Origin: Chiloscyllium plagiosum
Taxonomy: Eukaryota
Reading direction: 5' to 3'
Assembly: GCF_004010195.1 (NCBI RefSeq)
Contig: NC_057755.1
Coordinates: forward strand, 11,565,868 to 11,626,072
DNA length: 60,205 bases
The position numbers and the translations under genes were made by a program. Numbering within the stretch: position 1 is the first letter of the stretch; every line of letters starts with the position of its first letter. The notes beneath the pieces are model-generated. The model was not told the DNA's origin. It made no database searches and saw nothing but the letters and a program-made list of their open reading frames with translations. Positions 1 to 14,149 of this stretch are shown here, piece after piece.

Positions 1-258
1 GGCATAGCTTTAAATTAAGGGGGGGTAGGTATAGGACAGATGTTAGGGGTAGGTTCTTTACTCAGCGAGTCGTGAGTTCATGGAATGCCCTGCCAGTAGC
101 AGTGGTGGACTCTCCCTCATTATGGGCATTTAAGCGGGCATTGGATAGGCATATGGAGGATAGTGGGCTAGTGTAGTTTAGGTGGGCTTGGATCGGCGCA
201 ACATCGAGGGCCGAAGGGCCTGTACTGCGCTGTATTCTTCTATGTTCTATGTTCTATG
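1..258 (+). mobile_element. CR1/HER1-type LINE 3' end (ORF2 C-terminus, 3' UTR, (TTCTATG)n tail)
   Basis: Encodes ...FFTQRVVSSWNALP..., followed by the GGGCCGAAGGGCCTGT 3' motif and a TTCTATG repeat tail at ~238-258. Confidence 0.9.
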
Positions 259-2100
259 TACATAAGGTGGAGGAAGCAAGGGACTTGCTCAGCTCTAGAG
301 GATGACAGGCAGGCAAGGAAGGAGCTCAAAAATGGTCTGAGGAGAGCCAGGAGAGGACACGAAAAAGGCTTGGCAGGAATGATTAGGGAGAATCCAAAGG
401 CATTTTACACGTATGTGAGGAATAAGAGAATGATCAAAGAAATAGTAGGGCCGATCAGGGATAGCATAGGGAAATTGTGTATAGAGTCTGAGGAGGTAGG
501 GGAGCCCTAAATGAGTTTTTTTCCTTCTGTCTTTACTAAAGAAAAGGACCTTGTAGTAAATGAAACCATTGTGGAGCAGGTCAGCATGCTGGAACGGATA
601 GAGATTGAGGAGCTGATGTGCTGAAAAATTTGGCAAACATTAAGTCGCCAGGGCCAGATCAGATTTGTCCTCAGCTGCTTTGGGAAACGAGAAATGTGAT
701 TGCTTCACCACTTGCAAAGATCTTTGCATCCTCGCTCTCCACCAGAGTCGTACCTGAGGACTGGAGGGAGGCAAATGTAATTCCTCTCTTCAAAAAAGGA
801 AATAGGTAAATCCTCGGCAATTACAGACCAGTCAGTCTCACGTCTGTCGTCTGCAAGGTGTAAGAAAGAATTCTGAGGAATATGATTTATGACCATCTGG
901 AAGAGCATGGCTTGATTAAATGCAGTCAGCATGGCTTTGTGAGGGGCAGGTCATGCCTCACAAACCTTATTGAGTTCTTTGTGGATGTTACTAGACAAGG
1001 TGATGAGGGTCGAGCGGTGGATGTGATGTATGTGGACTTCAGTAAGGCAGTTGATAAGATTCCCCATGATAGGCTCATTCAGAAGGTCAAGAGGAATGGG
1101 ATACAGGGAAATTGAGCTGTGTGGATACAAAATTGGCTGTTCGAAAGAAACTGCGAGTGGTAGTGGAAGGAAAGTATTCTGCCTGGAAGTATTCTGTTCT
1201 TCGGCCTCTACTCTTTGTAAGTTTTATAAATGACTTGGATGAGGAGATTGAAGGATGGGTTAGCAAGTTTGCAGACGGCACAAACGTTGGAGGTGTCATT
1301 GACAGTATAGAGGACTGTTGTAGGCTGCAGCGTGACATTGACAGGATGTAGAGATGGGCTGAGAGGTGGTAGATGGTGTTCAACCTGGATAAATGCGAGG
1401 TGATGCATTTTAGAAGGTCGAACTTGAAAGTTGAGTACAGGATTAAAGGCAGGAGGAACAACGGGATCTTGGTGTGCAGGTACATAGATCCATTAAAATT
1501 GCCACCCAAGTGGACAGGATTGTTAAGAAAGCATATGGGGGATTGAGTTTAAGAGACGTGAGATCTTGTTGCATCTCTATAAAACTTTGGTTAGACTGCA
1601 CTTGGAATACTGTATCCAGTTCAGGTCATCCTAATGTAGGAAAGATGTGTATGCTTTGGAGAGGGTTCAGAGGAGGTTTACCAGGATGCTGCCTGGAATG
1701 GAGGGCTTATCTTACTGAACTCGGACTTTTCCTTTGAAAAAGAAGGAAGAGAGGGAACCTAATTGAGGTGTACAAGATAATGAGAGACAATTGATAGTCA
1801 GAGACTTTTTCCCAGTGCAGAAATTGTTAACATGTTAACATTTAAACTGTTTCGCAGAAAGTATGGAGGGGATGTCAGAGGCGGGTTCTTTACACAGAGA
1901 TTTGTGAGAGCATGGAATGCGCTGCCAACAGCAGTTGTGGAAGCCAGGTCATTGTGGATATTTAAGAGACCGCTGGACATGCATATGGTCACAGAAATTT
2001 GAGGGTGCATACATTAGGTTTACCTTACATGAGGATCAATGGTCGGCACAACATCACGGGCTGAAGGACCTGTTCTGTGCTGTACTGTTCTATGTTCTAT
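256..2100 (+). mobile_element. Decayed 5'-truncated CR1 LINE (RT region of ORF2 to 3' tail)
   Basis: Frameshifted peptides KSPGPD, VPEDWREANVIPLFKKG, QHGFVRGRSCLTNL, YVDFSKA, SKFADGT; ends in GGGCTGAAGGACCTGT...TTCTATGTTCTAT. Confidence 0.92.
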
Positions 2101-2310
2101 TATATGGTGGGAAGAGGTGTTATCCAGCTAGCTGTGGAAATCCGTGGTTTTGTAAAAAATGTCAGGGTCAAGTCGGTCGTCATTAATTGAGATTGAGGGG
2201 GGAGGGTTGTGTCAGAGTGTGTCCAGGTGAATTTAAGGTCGGGGTGGAATGTGTTGGTGAAGTTGATGAATTGCTCAAACTCCTCGTGGGGACATGAGGT
2301 GGGCCCCATG
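2101..2310 (-). mobile_element. Penelope-like RT fragment, inverted relative to the adjacent PLE
   Basis: Peptide HEEFEQFINFTNTFHPDLKFT matches the + strand peptide HEEVEQFINFINAFHPDLKFT at ~3370-3430. Confidence 0.85.
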
Positions 2311-2329
2311 CATCAATAAATGTAATACT

Positions 2330-4705
2330 CGCCGTGACATCGAACACTTCTTCCGCCGCCTCAACCTCTGAGCTTACCTTTACAATAAGGACTCCCGCCC
2401 TCGTTCCTCAGATCCCTTCACCCGCCTCCAACTCACTCTATCCACCTGGACACGCCATGCTGGCCTATTACCAACACTCGATCTCTTCATTTCCAACTGC
2501 TGCCGAGACATTAACCGCCAAAACTGTCTACCCTCCTCACCCACTCCAACCTTTCACCCTCTCAACGCGCAGCCCTCCACTCTCTCTGCTCAATTCCTAA
2601 ACTCACCATCCAGCCAGCAGATAAACAGGGTACAGTGGTAGTTTGGCGCACTGACCTCTTCACCACTGAAGCCAGACGCCAACTCGAAGACACATCTACC
2701 TACTTCCCCCGGACCATGACATCACCCCCATCACCAAACTATTATCTCGCAGACCATACAAGACCTCATCACCTCGGGAGATCTCCCACGCACGGCTTCC
2801 ATCATCATAGCCCGGGAACCCTGCACCACCCGATTCTACCTTCTTCCCAAGATCCACAAGCCTGACCACCCTGGTTTACCCATTGTCTCAGCATGCTCCT
2901 GCCATACCGAAGTCATGTCATCCTACCCCGACACTGTCTTATCTCCCCTAGTCCAGGAACTCCACACATACTTTCGAGATACAACCCACGCCCTCCACCT
3001 CCCACCTCATTTCCCGGGCCAGCAACGCCTCATCTGCATCATGGATATCCAATCCCTCTACTCCTCTATCCGCCATGACCAGGGCCTCCAAGCCCTCCGT
3101 TTCTTCCCCGCTCGGCGTCCCCAACAGTACCCTTCCACTGACACTCTCATTTGTTTGGCTGAACTGGTCCTCACCCTTAACAATTTCTCCTTCGAATACT
3201 CCCACTTCCTCCGGACCAAAGAGGTAGCCATGGGCGTCCGTATGGGCCCCAGCCATGCCTGTCTCTTTGTTGGCTATGTAGAACACTCTATCTTCCGTAG
3301 TTACACCGGCACCACACCCCACCTCTTCCTCCGCTCCATCAATGACTTCATCGGCGCCATCTTGTGCTCCCATGAGGAGGTTGAGCAATTCATCAACTTC
3401 ATCAACGCATTCCACCCCGACCTCAAATTCACCAGGACCATCTCTGACATCTCCCTCCCCTTCCTGGGCCTCTCCATTTCCATTAATGACGACTGACTTG
3501 ACAACTGACTTTTTTAAAAAGCGCAACGACTCCCACAGGTACCTGGATTACACCTCTTCCCACCATACCTCCTGCCAAACTTCCATCCCGTATTCCCAAT
3601 TCCTCCGCCTCCACCACCTTTAGAGACCATAATTTCCCTTCCCAGGTGGTTAAAGATGCACTGCAATGTATCTCATCCACACCCCGCATCTCCGCCCTCG
3701 AACCCCACCCTTCTAACCATAAAAAGGACAGAACTTCCGGTGCACACCTTCCACCCTACCAACCGTCGAATAAACCGCATCATCCACTGATATTTCTTCT
3801 ACCTCCAACCGGATTCCACCACCAGCGAAATATTTCCCTCTCCTCCCCTTTACACTTTCCACAAAGACTGTTCCCTCCGTGACCACCTGGTCAGGTCCAC
3901 GCCCCACCCACCCCAAAAACCCACCCTCCCTTTCTGACACCTACGCCTGTCACTGCAGTAATTGCAAATCCTCCACCCACACCTCCTCCCTCACCTCCAT
4001 CCAAGATGCCAAAAGAGCCTTCCATTCCCATCAAACTTTTACATGCACATCTACCAATATAATTTATTGTATCCTTTGCTCCTGCTGCGACCTCCTCTAC
4101 ATTGGGGCGACTGGACGCCTCCTCGCAGAGCGCTTTAGGGAACATCTCCGGGATACTTGCACCAATGAACCCCACCGCCCTGTGGCCCAACATTTCAACT
4201 ACCCCTTCCCACTCTGCCGAGGGCATGTAGGACCTGGGCCTCCTTCACCGCCACTCCCTTACCAGGAAGAACACCTCATCTTCCTCCTTGGAACACTTCA
4301 ACCCCAGGGCATCAATGTGGACTTCACCAGTTTCCTAATTTCCCCACCCCCACTTTAGACCGGTTCTGACATTCCAGCTCAGCACCATCCCCATGACCTG
4401 TCCTACCTGCCTATCATCCATTCCACCTATCCACTCCCGCTCCTCTCCGAACTATCATCTTCATCCCCACCCCAATTCACCCACTGTTCTCTTTCCTGCC
4501 TTCCCCCACAATCCTCTCTGACCTATCATTTCCATCCCCACCCCCATTCACCTATTGTTCTCTATGCTACTTTCTCCCCACTCCTGCCACCCTCTCATTT
4601 ATCTCTCCACCCTGCAGTCTTCCTACCTCTATTCCTGATGAATGGCTTTTGCCCGAAACCTCGAATATGCCTGATCTCTGTACCTTTCCAGTACCACTCT
4701 AATCC
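2330..4705 (+). mobile_element. Penelope-like element (RT + GIY-YIG endonuclease + 3' pLTR), decayed
   Basis: RT motifs MDIQSLYSSI, LTLNNFSF, AMGVRMGPS, RSINDF; GIY-YIG region NIIYCILCSCCDLLYIGATGRLLAERFREH; C-rich 3' UTR ending in a hammerhead-like core. Confidence 0.9.
4635..4664 (+). ncRNA. Degenerate PLE-type minimal hammerhead ribozyme core
   Basis: CTGATGA-A-TGGC-TTTT-GCCC-GAAA-C, with substitutions in stem II and stem III. Confidence 0.6.
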
Positions 4706-5785
4706 ATTGCCAGGGATTTCCCTATAACCCTTCTTGAAAAGAGGAACATCCACCCTCTTCCAATCCTCTGGTACGACTCCTGTGGCGAATGAGTTCGCAA
4801 ATATCCTCGCCAGCGGCTCAGCAACCTCCTCTCTCGCTTCCTAGAGCAGCCTAGGATAAATCTTTTCTGGCCCTGGAGGCTTATCAATCTTAATGTTTTG
4901 TAAAATTTATAGCACATCAACTTCATCAATCCTGATCTGGTCAAGACTGCATCCCAGCTCCTCTAAGTTTTCATTTACAACAAGTTCCCTCTCCTTGGTA
5001 AAAACCGAAGCGAAAATCTCATTTAGGGCTTCCCGTATCTGCTCAGATTTCACGCACAAGTTCCCTATGGAGAAGGTAGGGCTGATTCCTGATCAGCCCT
5101 ACCTTCTCCATGATCATTCTCTTATTCCTCACATATAAGTAAAATGTCTTTGGGTTGTCCCTAATCCTTCTTGCCAAGCCTTTTTCATGCCCCCTCCTGG
5201 CTCTCCTTAGTCCAATTCTGAGCTCCTTTCTAGCTAGCCTGTAATCCTCTAAAGCTGTGCTCGATCCTTGCTTCCTCCACCTTACGTAAGCTGCTTCCAT
5301 CCTTTTGACGAGAAGTTCCTCTGTTCTCGTCATCCAAGGTTCCTTAACTTTATCCTTTCGTCCCTGTCTCAGAGGAACAAATTTGTGCATCACTCGCAAC
5401 AACAGCTCCTTAATAGTCTCCACATGTCTGCTATGCCCTTTCTGTGGAACAATTGCTCCCAGTCTGTACTTCTCAACTCCTGTCTGATAGCGTCATAATT
5501 TCCTTTTCCCCAATTAAATATCTTCCCTTGGTAACTGCTCCTTTCACTCTCCTCGGCTGTGTTAAATGTGAGGCAGAAAGTAAGGTCTGCAGATGCTGGA
5601 GATCAAAGTTGAAACTTTATTGCTGGACACTTTCACCAAAGTGCTCTCCCACTGCGAGATCTGACACCTGTCCTGGCTCGTTGCAGAGCACCAAATCCAA
5701 AATCCAAATCCCCTCGTCGGTCTGTCCACATACTCAGTTAGGAAACCCTCCTGAACATACCTGATAAAAACGGCTTCATCCAAAC
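4705..5785 (-). mobile_element. CR1 LINE ORF2 fragments (EN-RT linker), with a small PLE terminal fragment at ~5575-5628
   Basis: Peptides VQEGFLTEYVDRPTRG and KEPWMT...LRRARRGHEK. Confidence 0.85.
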
Positions 5786-6179
5786 TGAAGGAACAGTTTA
5801 AAATACTCAACAAAAGAAAATTTAATTGAACCAGATAAAACTTCAGCAAGAAATTTCCGCCCGTCCCTCACTCAGGACAAAATACTTTATGTTAGATTAT
5901 GAGGCTGGGAAAATCACCAGAAGAATTAATAATTCTGAAGAGAGAGGGTGTATTAGCAGAGTTAAAGCGATTGCAAATTGTCTCCTAGCAGGAGAAGGAC
6001 AGTGGGCAGGGGGATCATTGTGAGGATTTAGTGAGATGATAGGAACGGGGAGCATTGAAGGTTCTGGAGGTGCTGAGCATGTCACAGAGAGTGGTCAGGA
6101 CCTGAACGGTGTTACAAAGCCATTGCGAATTGCTGCACCTGGAGGTGTTTGCAGATGTAGGGAGGGACACAGATAGTTT

Positions 6180-6400
6180 TATTTATCCATTAATCCATGA
6201 GATGTAGTGTCACTGATTGGGCCAGTACTTTTTGTCCCACTCCTAATTGCGCAGAGGGCATCTCAGAGTCAGCCATGTTGCTGTGGGTCTCGAGTCACAT
6301 GTAGACCAGACAAGGTTAGAATATCAGATGTCAATGCTTAACGGAGGTAAGTGAACCAGATGAGTTCTTCCTACTGATAGAAATGATTTTATGGTGGCCT
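6180..6400 (-). mobile_element. Old shark SINE/LINE 3' tail fragment
   Basis: Motif ...CCTAATTGCGCAGAGGGCA...GCTGTGGGTCTCGAGTCACATGTAG...; start loosely resembles the 29210 region; family recognised from memory only. Confidence 0.45.
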
Positions 6401-7890
6401 CACCAAAGTCTTGTCCAGCTACAACTAGACATCCCAACCGATATTCACAATGCTCTGACCAATGAAGGCAAGCGGCCCAAACGCCTACTTTACCAGCGTG
6501 GCTACCTGTGACACTATTGTCAAAGAAATGTGTACCTGCACTCCGTGGTGTCTGACTGACAACGCTACCCATGTCCCGAATATTAACTGTAAAAGACCCG
6601 CTCTGGTTGGTCTTACCAAAATTTAACACCTCACATTTATTTACTTCAACTCCATTCTATTTCACAGCCCACTATTCCAATAATACTGTTAATCCTGTTG
6701 TAAAATAGATAACCTTCACTGCCCACTATATCACCAATTTCAGTGTCACCAAAAAAAACACGTACTTACCAGCAAACCAATACTCCCATTCAAACCATTT
6801 ATCCAAATGAAAAACAATAGTGGACCGACTACACGGCTGGCCACATGCCTCCATCAGAAAAAAAACAAAATATCTCTCACCACCTCTGTCTCCTACCATC
6901 AAGGCAATTTCATATCCAGTTGACCAACTCTTCCTGGATGCCGTATCGTTTTACATTCTTCTCATCATATTACGCAGTCTACCATAGAACATAGAATAAT
7001 ACAGCACATGTCTTTCAGCCCTTGATTTCTGGCCAATGTTTTACCCTGCTCTAAGATTAAACCAGCCTACATACCCTTCATTTTATTATCTCTCAAATGC
7101 CTATCCATGTGTTATTACATTTACCTGATATATCTGACTCTTCTATCACCGCTACCAGTGCATTCCATGCGCCCATCACTCTGTGTAAAGAACCTACCTC
7201 TGAAAACTCTCCTTAACCTTCTCCAATCACCATAAAATTATGCGTCCTTGTGATAGCCATTTATACCATAGGAGAAAGGTCTCTGGCCATTCACTCCATC
7301 TATGCCACTCATCATCTAGTTCACCTCTATTCAGTTGTCACTCAGCCATCTTCACTCCAACGAGAAAAGCCTTCGCTCCCACAATTGTCTTCATGAGACA
7401 TGATCTGGAGTTCAGGCAGCATCCTGACAGGTCTCCTCTGTACCCTCTCTGGACAGTGAGGACTCAAGGATAATCATCAAAGACACAGCAATCTCTTCCC
7501 TCGCTTCCTGTAGTAACCTTGGAAATATCTCGTCTGGCCCACGGGAGTGAGGTAATATTACGTTTATCAAAATTTTCAGCACATCCTCCTCCTTAACATC
7601 AACCTCTTCATGTATATCAGCTTGTTTCAGACTGTCCTCTAAAATGACAATATCCCTCTTGGTAGTGAATACTGAAGCAAAATATTCATTCAGGACCTAC
7701 GCTATCTCTTTCGACCCCAGGCACAAGTTCTTTCCACTATTCCTGATCGGCCCTACCTTCACTCTGGCCATCCTCACATAAGTGTGGAACGCCTTACGTT
7801 TTTCCTTTATCCTATGCACTAAAGCTTTTTCATGCCCTAATCTAGCTCTTCTAAACCCATTCTTCAGTTCCTTAATGGCTACCTTCATAG
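6400..7890 (-). mobile_element. Several nested CR1 fragments, including a 3' end at ~6980-7450
   Basis: CATAGAACATAGAA tail at ~6983; peptide LKNGFRRARLGHEKAL. Confidence 0.75.
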
Positions 7891-7984
7891 AATCCATATA
7901 ATGTGGAATCAGGGCATTTGGCCCAACAAGTCCACACTAACACTCTGAAGAGAAATCCAAACCAGACCCATTCCCCGAACAGAG

Positions 7985-8185
7985 TCTAGATTAGAGTGGT
8001 GCTGGAAAAGCACAGCAGGTCAGGGAGTATCCGAGGAGCAGGAAAATAGACGTTTCAGGCAAAACCCCTTCATCAGGAATAGAGGCAGGAAGCCTCCAGA
8101 GTGGAGAGATAAATGCAGGTGGGGGGTGGAGCTGCGGGAGAAGGTTGCCAAGAGAAAAATAGGTGAATGGGGTGTGGATAGAGGT
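7985..8185 (-). mobile_element. PLE 3' terminus with hammerhead core (8049-8076), next to an HE1 3' fragment (~7900-7975)
   Basis: Reverse complement reads CTGATGA-AGGGG-TTTT-GCCT-GAAACGTC; same family as the 4620-4705 terminus. Confidence 0.8.
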
Positions 8186-8339
8186 GTCATTTACTGTATC
8201 CCGGCCGATCCCGGGAATGGAAGATTTTCTAATGAGCAGTGGTGGAGTAGATGGAGTTCAAACGACTTTCAGTAGAGAAGAACTAGAGAGAAATTTAATG
8301 AGATATTCTGAGGGGGAGATTGACAGGGTAGGTGCTGTG

Positions 8340-9540
8340 AAGTTAGGAATAGGCCCACCAGAGCTGGGCTGAGCATAATGGCAGTATAAACTAATATCAT
8401 CTGTCTGCATATGGTCCAATCCCTCTATTCTCTGCCTGTTCATGTTTCTGTATAAATAACTCTTCAAAACTTTGCTCACGTTTCTGATTCCATCCGCTCA
8501 GTGTATAAAAAAAGATTTGCATCACACACCTCGTTTAAAGTTTATCTTTCTTATCTTAAAACTATGCACTCTAGTATTTGAGCTTTGCTCATTGGAAAAT
8601 AAATTCCGACGATCCACATTATATATGCCTCTCCTAATTTATATTCATGTACCTGGTCGCCTGTCAGCATCTGGCACTCTCGCAAAGCAATCCAACTTTA
8701 TCCCTTTTGCCATTATACCTAACACACACGTAAAACACTGATAAAGTTCTGACTAACCTCTATGTCACCCTTTCCAAATCCTCTTCATCCTTCCCATTGT
8801 GTGGCGATGAGAATTGCACACAGTACTTCCAAATGTGGCCAATAAAAGTTTCATACAATTTCAACATCACATGCAAACGTCGATACTCAATGTTGTGGTT
8901 TATGAATGTAAGTGATCCGTTTGCTTTCTTTCCCATCTTATCCATTTCTGTTGCCTTTTTCAGGGAGTTACGGCTTTGCACCAAGATTTTTGTGAATATC
9001 AATGTCCCTCACCATCCTAACTTTCTTCTTGCATTTGACATCCTAAAGTCTGTCATCTCTCACGTGTCCAGATGAAACTCCATTTGCCATTTCTCCCTCC
9101 ATCTTTCTCGCTGAACCACATCTTGCTACAACCATTAATATCCTTCCTCATTATCCCCAACTCCACCAATTTACTTGTCGTCGTCAAAACTTATCTTTGC
9201 CACTTCATTTGGATTCCCTTGAGTGAGAATCTGTAACCAAGTGATATAAAATCACAGGAAGGGCTCGCCCATTCAAGATGGAGAGGACGAGGAATGTCTT
9301 GACTCAAAGGGTAGTGAATCAGTGGGAATTCCTGACTGCAAAGGGCTGTCGAGGCATTGTCATTAATTATATTTACAGCAGAGAAGATCAGATTTTAGTT
9401 AATCCAGGAAACAAGTGATTTGTGGAAAAGGCGGGAAAGAAGAGTTGGGGATTACCGGATTAGCCATGATCTCATTGAAGGGCAGAGCATACTCAGTGTG
9501 CCAAATGGCCTAACTATCTTCTTACAACTCATGGTTTTAA
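8340..9540. mobile_element. Old CR1 3' fragments (minus ~8340-9185; plus ~9250-9540)
   Basis: Peptide MLKLYETFIGHIWKYCVQFSSP; degenerate FFTQRVV-like segment and 3' UTR motif. Confidence 0.7.
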
Positions 9541-10199
9541 CTCAAACTCAGTTTATGCTGTATAACATTATGGGTCTCTGCTTAGAAAACTCATGTAAAA
9601 CGAGATTTTTAGACATTTGTTATTATACAACATTTGATCTGAAGGTCCTGTACTGCGCTATAACATTTTATGTTCTACGTTCTATTCCGGTGGAGGGTCC
9701 TTGACATGCTATTACAGAAACCATCTCGTATACAATCCAGGATTCCAGCCATTGCAGGACTGATACTCATTAATTATCCAGTCGGAATAGAGATGACTGT
9801 CACACACAGTTACTGTACTGCCCTTGCTGCAAGTGCATTCAATGTCCTGATTGTAACCATATTTACATTACAATTACTGTTTGTTCCTATAAAAGTATTC
9901 CTACTAATAATTGCTACTGCTTGCTTATACTCAGCTGAACCCAAATAGACTGCAAAGGTTAATCTTCGGATCCACGTGGCTGTCTCAATAATGCATTAAA
10001 CTCATCCAACTTTCCCATCCTAAACTCATTGTAATTTCTGGATAATAACGGTCAGAAAGCAGAATTGCAAGGACTGTTTAAGTCCTCTTTACTGCATAAC
10101 ATTGTTAGACACTGCATTCGACAGGGAAATATTGGAATTTGTAACAAAGGCGCTGGGAGAATTGTGAGGGGATTTAATGTTCCTGTCTCATCATCTCAT

Positions 10200-12080
10200 T
10201 TACGTTGGGTCACAGACGAGGTTGACACATCCCACTCTGAGGGTGAGTCTGTAGGTGGCAGGACAGACCCATGTGGGTTCCACAGACTCTGTTACACTTG
10301 GGATAAAAGGTGGCCGTTGGAAGGGGTGGATGGGGCATTGGGATTGTAGCGCGCTCCTTGTACTGTTTTCTCTTGGATTCCACATTTTCCCCACAGCAAG
10401 TCCCGTTGCGCTTGACACCTTCCGAATGCCCACCCTCCACTTTAGATGGTCTTGGTCCAGCAATTCCCAGGAGTCGGTGGGAATGCTGTGCTTTGCCAGT
10501 GAAATCTTGGAGGTATCTCTGAAGCATCTCCTCTAACCATCGCTTGCCATTTCAGAGCTGGAAGTAGAGTGCCAGCTTGGGCAGTCTCGTATCGGTAATG
10601 GAGATGACGTGACCAGCCCATCACAGGTGATCAGGTGGGGTTAGTGCCACAATGCTGGGGATGTTGGCCTGGTGGAGGAGCTGGTGTCTCTGTGCCTGTC
10701 TTCCTAGCGGATTCACAGAATCTTGCATAGGCAGCATTGTTGGGACTGCTCCAGCACCTTGCATTTCCTGCTGCAGACAGTTCATGTCCCAGAACCATAC
10801 AGGGGAGTGGAAACTACCACGGGTTGGTGTTGGATCTCATGCTGTTGCAATTGAACACGCTTACACTCAGATAACAGAAGGCTTTGCTAGCACACTGGAG
10901 GAATTGCTGGATCACTTCCTCAATATCTGCTTTGGTCAACAGAACACTTCCGAAGGATTGGAAGGTCCAAGGTCTCCCCGTGAACCTTGATTATCGGGGA
11001 TACTCTCTGTAATGTCAGGCCTGGTTGGTGGAGGGCTTTCATCTCGTGGATGTTCAGGGTGAGACTCGTGTTCTTCTATGTCCCTGTAAATGTGCTGACA
11101 GTGGTCTGGAGTATGTCCTCTGATATTGTGCACACACAGACACCATCTGCATACTAGAGCTCAATGACACTGAGTTGGGGTGAGTTTGGTTTGGGTTTGC
11201 TGGAGCTGAAGGTTGATTATTTTCCATCTGGCTCTGTAGGTTAGGCTCTTTCCAGCTGGCAGCTTGTTGTGGTGAGGTGAATCAGTGCAGCGAGGTAGGT
11301 CAGCAACAGTGTTAGAGCAAGAAAACAACCCTGCTTTCAGCAGTCCAAATGGGGAATTCCTCACTGGGGGAGCCATTTATTATTCCCATGATTTCCATGT
11401 CATCGTGGAACAGTCGAAGGATGGGAAAGAGCCTTATGGTGTAGCCAAAGCAGAGAAGGACGATTCATAGTGTTTCTTTGGTGACGGGGTGAAAGGACTT
11501 TTTAAGGGCGAAGGCGGCCATGTACATGGGCAGGCTCTCTTCACTGTATTTCTCCTGCAGCTGTTACATGGTAAAAATCATTAATGTTCTGCCCCTCTGT
11601 GGCTGGAAGCCAAGTGCGATTCCGGAGGAGTTGCTCAATCTCATGGACGAGATGGGTGAACAGGATCTTGGCGATGAATTTTCCAATGGTCGACAGCAGT
11701 GAGATTCCTCTGAACTTACCACAGTTGAACATGTTCCTTTTCTTGAAAATGTTCACGATTGTAACATCTCAGAGTTCTCCTGGGATGTTCTCCCCCTTCC
11801 AGGTCAGGCAGTCAGGAGAGTTTCACTGGGAGCTCTGTGCCTCCGCACTTCAATACCTGCTCCAGCAGCTAGTTGTTCTTGAGTTGGCAGACGGCCTTCT
11901 CTACTTTGTGTGGGGCTGGGGCATTGCTGAGCCATGGTGTGTAGCGTGCTGTGGAATTAGTCAAGGCCGCTCGTATCGATCACAGTGAGGGAGTCTCTGA
12001 AGTGCATTCCCCAGCATTGTTTGATGGCTTATTTGTCTACATAAGAGTGACTCTCTCCTTAGCGAGCAGTGGCCTTGTTT
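10200..12080 (-). mobile_element. RTE-clade LINE remnant
   Basis: NIFKKRNMFNCGKFRGISLLSTIGKFIAKIL (RTE-type RGISLLS motif) plus a decayed C-terminal region. Confidence 0.75.
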
Positions 12081-12469
12081 GTTTGGGTGATAAGATGGAA
12101 TTCAAATGGATCATGAAGTTTTATACTAACCACTCCAAGCACACTTCACAATCTAAAATTAGAAAAAAAAAGCAAATTATATGTGTATCAGAGGAGTGCT
12201 ACCCAAGGATAACAGGGCAAACATACTGAAATGCATGGCTATAAACTAACAGCAAAAGATATTCAACAAAAAGACATTTCATTGACACAGACAAAACTTT
12301 AGCAAGAAAGGTCATTCAGTGGCTCACACAGTCCTTTATGATCATGTTAAAAGAGGGATCAAAGACAATCAATAAACACTCACAATTCTGAAGACTGCTT
12401 TTTTTTAAGAAACTGATCAATGGCTGCCAAAATGTTGAAGCATATGCTAAGAGTCGAGCAAGGATTCTC

Positions 12470-13810
12470 CATTTAAGAAAAGTAGTAAGGAAAAGCCAGG
12501 GTGTTATAGACCCGTAATCCTGACATTGGTGTATCGGTGGTGGCCAAGCTTTTGGAGGGAATCCTGAGGAACATGATTTACATGCATTTGGAAGGGCAAA
12601 TGCTGATTAGCGATAGTCAGCATGACCTTGTGCATGGGAAATCATGTATCATGAATTTGAGTGAGTTTTTGAAGAAGTAACAAAAATTATTTATTAGGGT
12701 AGGGCAGTAGACGTGATCTATATGGACTTCAGTAAGGCGGTTGATAATGTCCCTCATGGCAGACTGATCAGCAAGGTTAGATCTCATGGAATACAGGAAG
12801 AACTAACAATTTGAATACATAACTAGGTCGAAGTTAGAGGACAGAAACATATGGTGGAGGGTTGCTTTACAGACTGGAGATCTGTGACCAGTGGTGTCCC
12901 AAAAGGATCAGTGCTGTTTCCTCTACGTTTTGTCATTTGCATAACTTATTTGGGTGTGAATATGGGAGTTAGAAATAGTAAGTTTGCAGGTGACACCAAC
13001 AGAGAAGAAACTTACTTCAGAGCAAAAAGGGATCTTGGTCAAACAGGCCAATGAGGATATGTGCGAGGTGCTTCATTTTGGAAAAGCGAATTCGAGCATG
13101 ACTTATATGCTTTATATTAAGGTCCTGGGGAATGTTGCTGAACAAACAGACCTTGGAATGTAGGTTCCTAATTTATTGAGAGGAGAGTCTTATTTAGATG
13201 GGTTAGTGAAGAAGGCATTTGGTATGCATTTCTTTATTGGTCAGAGCATTGAGTATAGGAGTTATGAGGTCATGTTGAGCTGTACAGGACATTGATTCGC
13301 CCATTTTTTGAATAAAGTGTTCAATTCTGATCTCCTTTCTATCGGAATGATGTTCTTAAACATGAAAGGCTCGGAAAAGATTTACAAGAATGTTGCCAGG
13401 GTTGGAGGATTTGAGCTGTAGGGAAACTCTAAATATGGTGTTTTCCCTGGAGGGTTGGAGGCTGCGGGATGACAGAATAGTGGTTTATAACATCATGCTG
13501 GAAATGGACGAGTTCTTTTTCTGGGGTGGGTGAGTTGAGAACTAGAGGAAATAGATTTAGGGTGGGGGAAAAATATAAAAGACATCCAAGGGGTAACTTT
13601 GTCATCAAAGGGTGATGTGTTTATGGAATGAGCTGCCAGAAGAAGTAATAGATGCTGGTAAAATTGCAGCATGTAAAAGGCATCTGGATGGATATATGGA
13701 TACAAAGGTTTTGGAGGGATATGGGTGCGGTGCTGGCAAATAGGACTGGATTATGTTGGGATATCTGGTCAGCATGGACAAGTTGGATCACAAACATCTC
13801 TATCTATGTG
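12470..13810 (+). mobile_element. CR1 LINE RT-to-3' end fragment
   Basis: VEGCFTDWRSVTSGVPKGSVL, SKFAGDT, and an HER1-like 3' UTR. Confidence 0.85.
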
Positions 13811-14149
13811 ACATCCTTCAGCCTCACAATCCTTTGGATCTCTGGAAACTCCTCCTGCCTCACAATACTTCTGCCGCCTTCAGTCTCATATTCTCCCATC
13901 TGCATACTGTTGTCCAGAGTCATAACCTTGCAATTCTCTAATTTCCTCCAACGTCCCAAAACTATGAGATATATGCTTTCATCTCATAACAACCATAAGT
14001 GAATGCCCACTTTTTATTTTGCGACTTGATGGTGGCACTTTTAGCTTCCTCGACCCCGAGCTCCAGAATCTGCTTCTGAACAGCTCCATCTCTACCTCAC
14101 TGTTACCTCACTTTCACTTAGATGAAGAAGGACATCACCATGGTCATTC

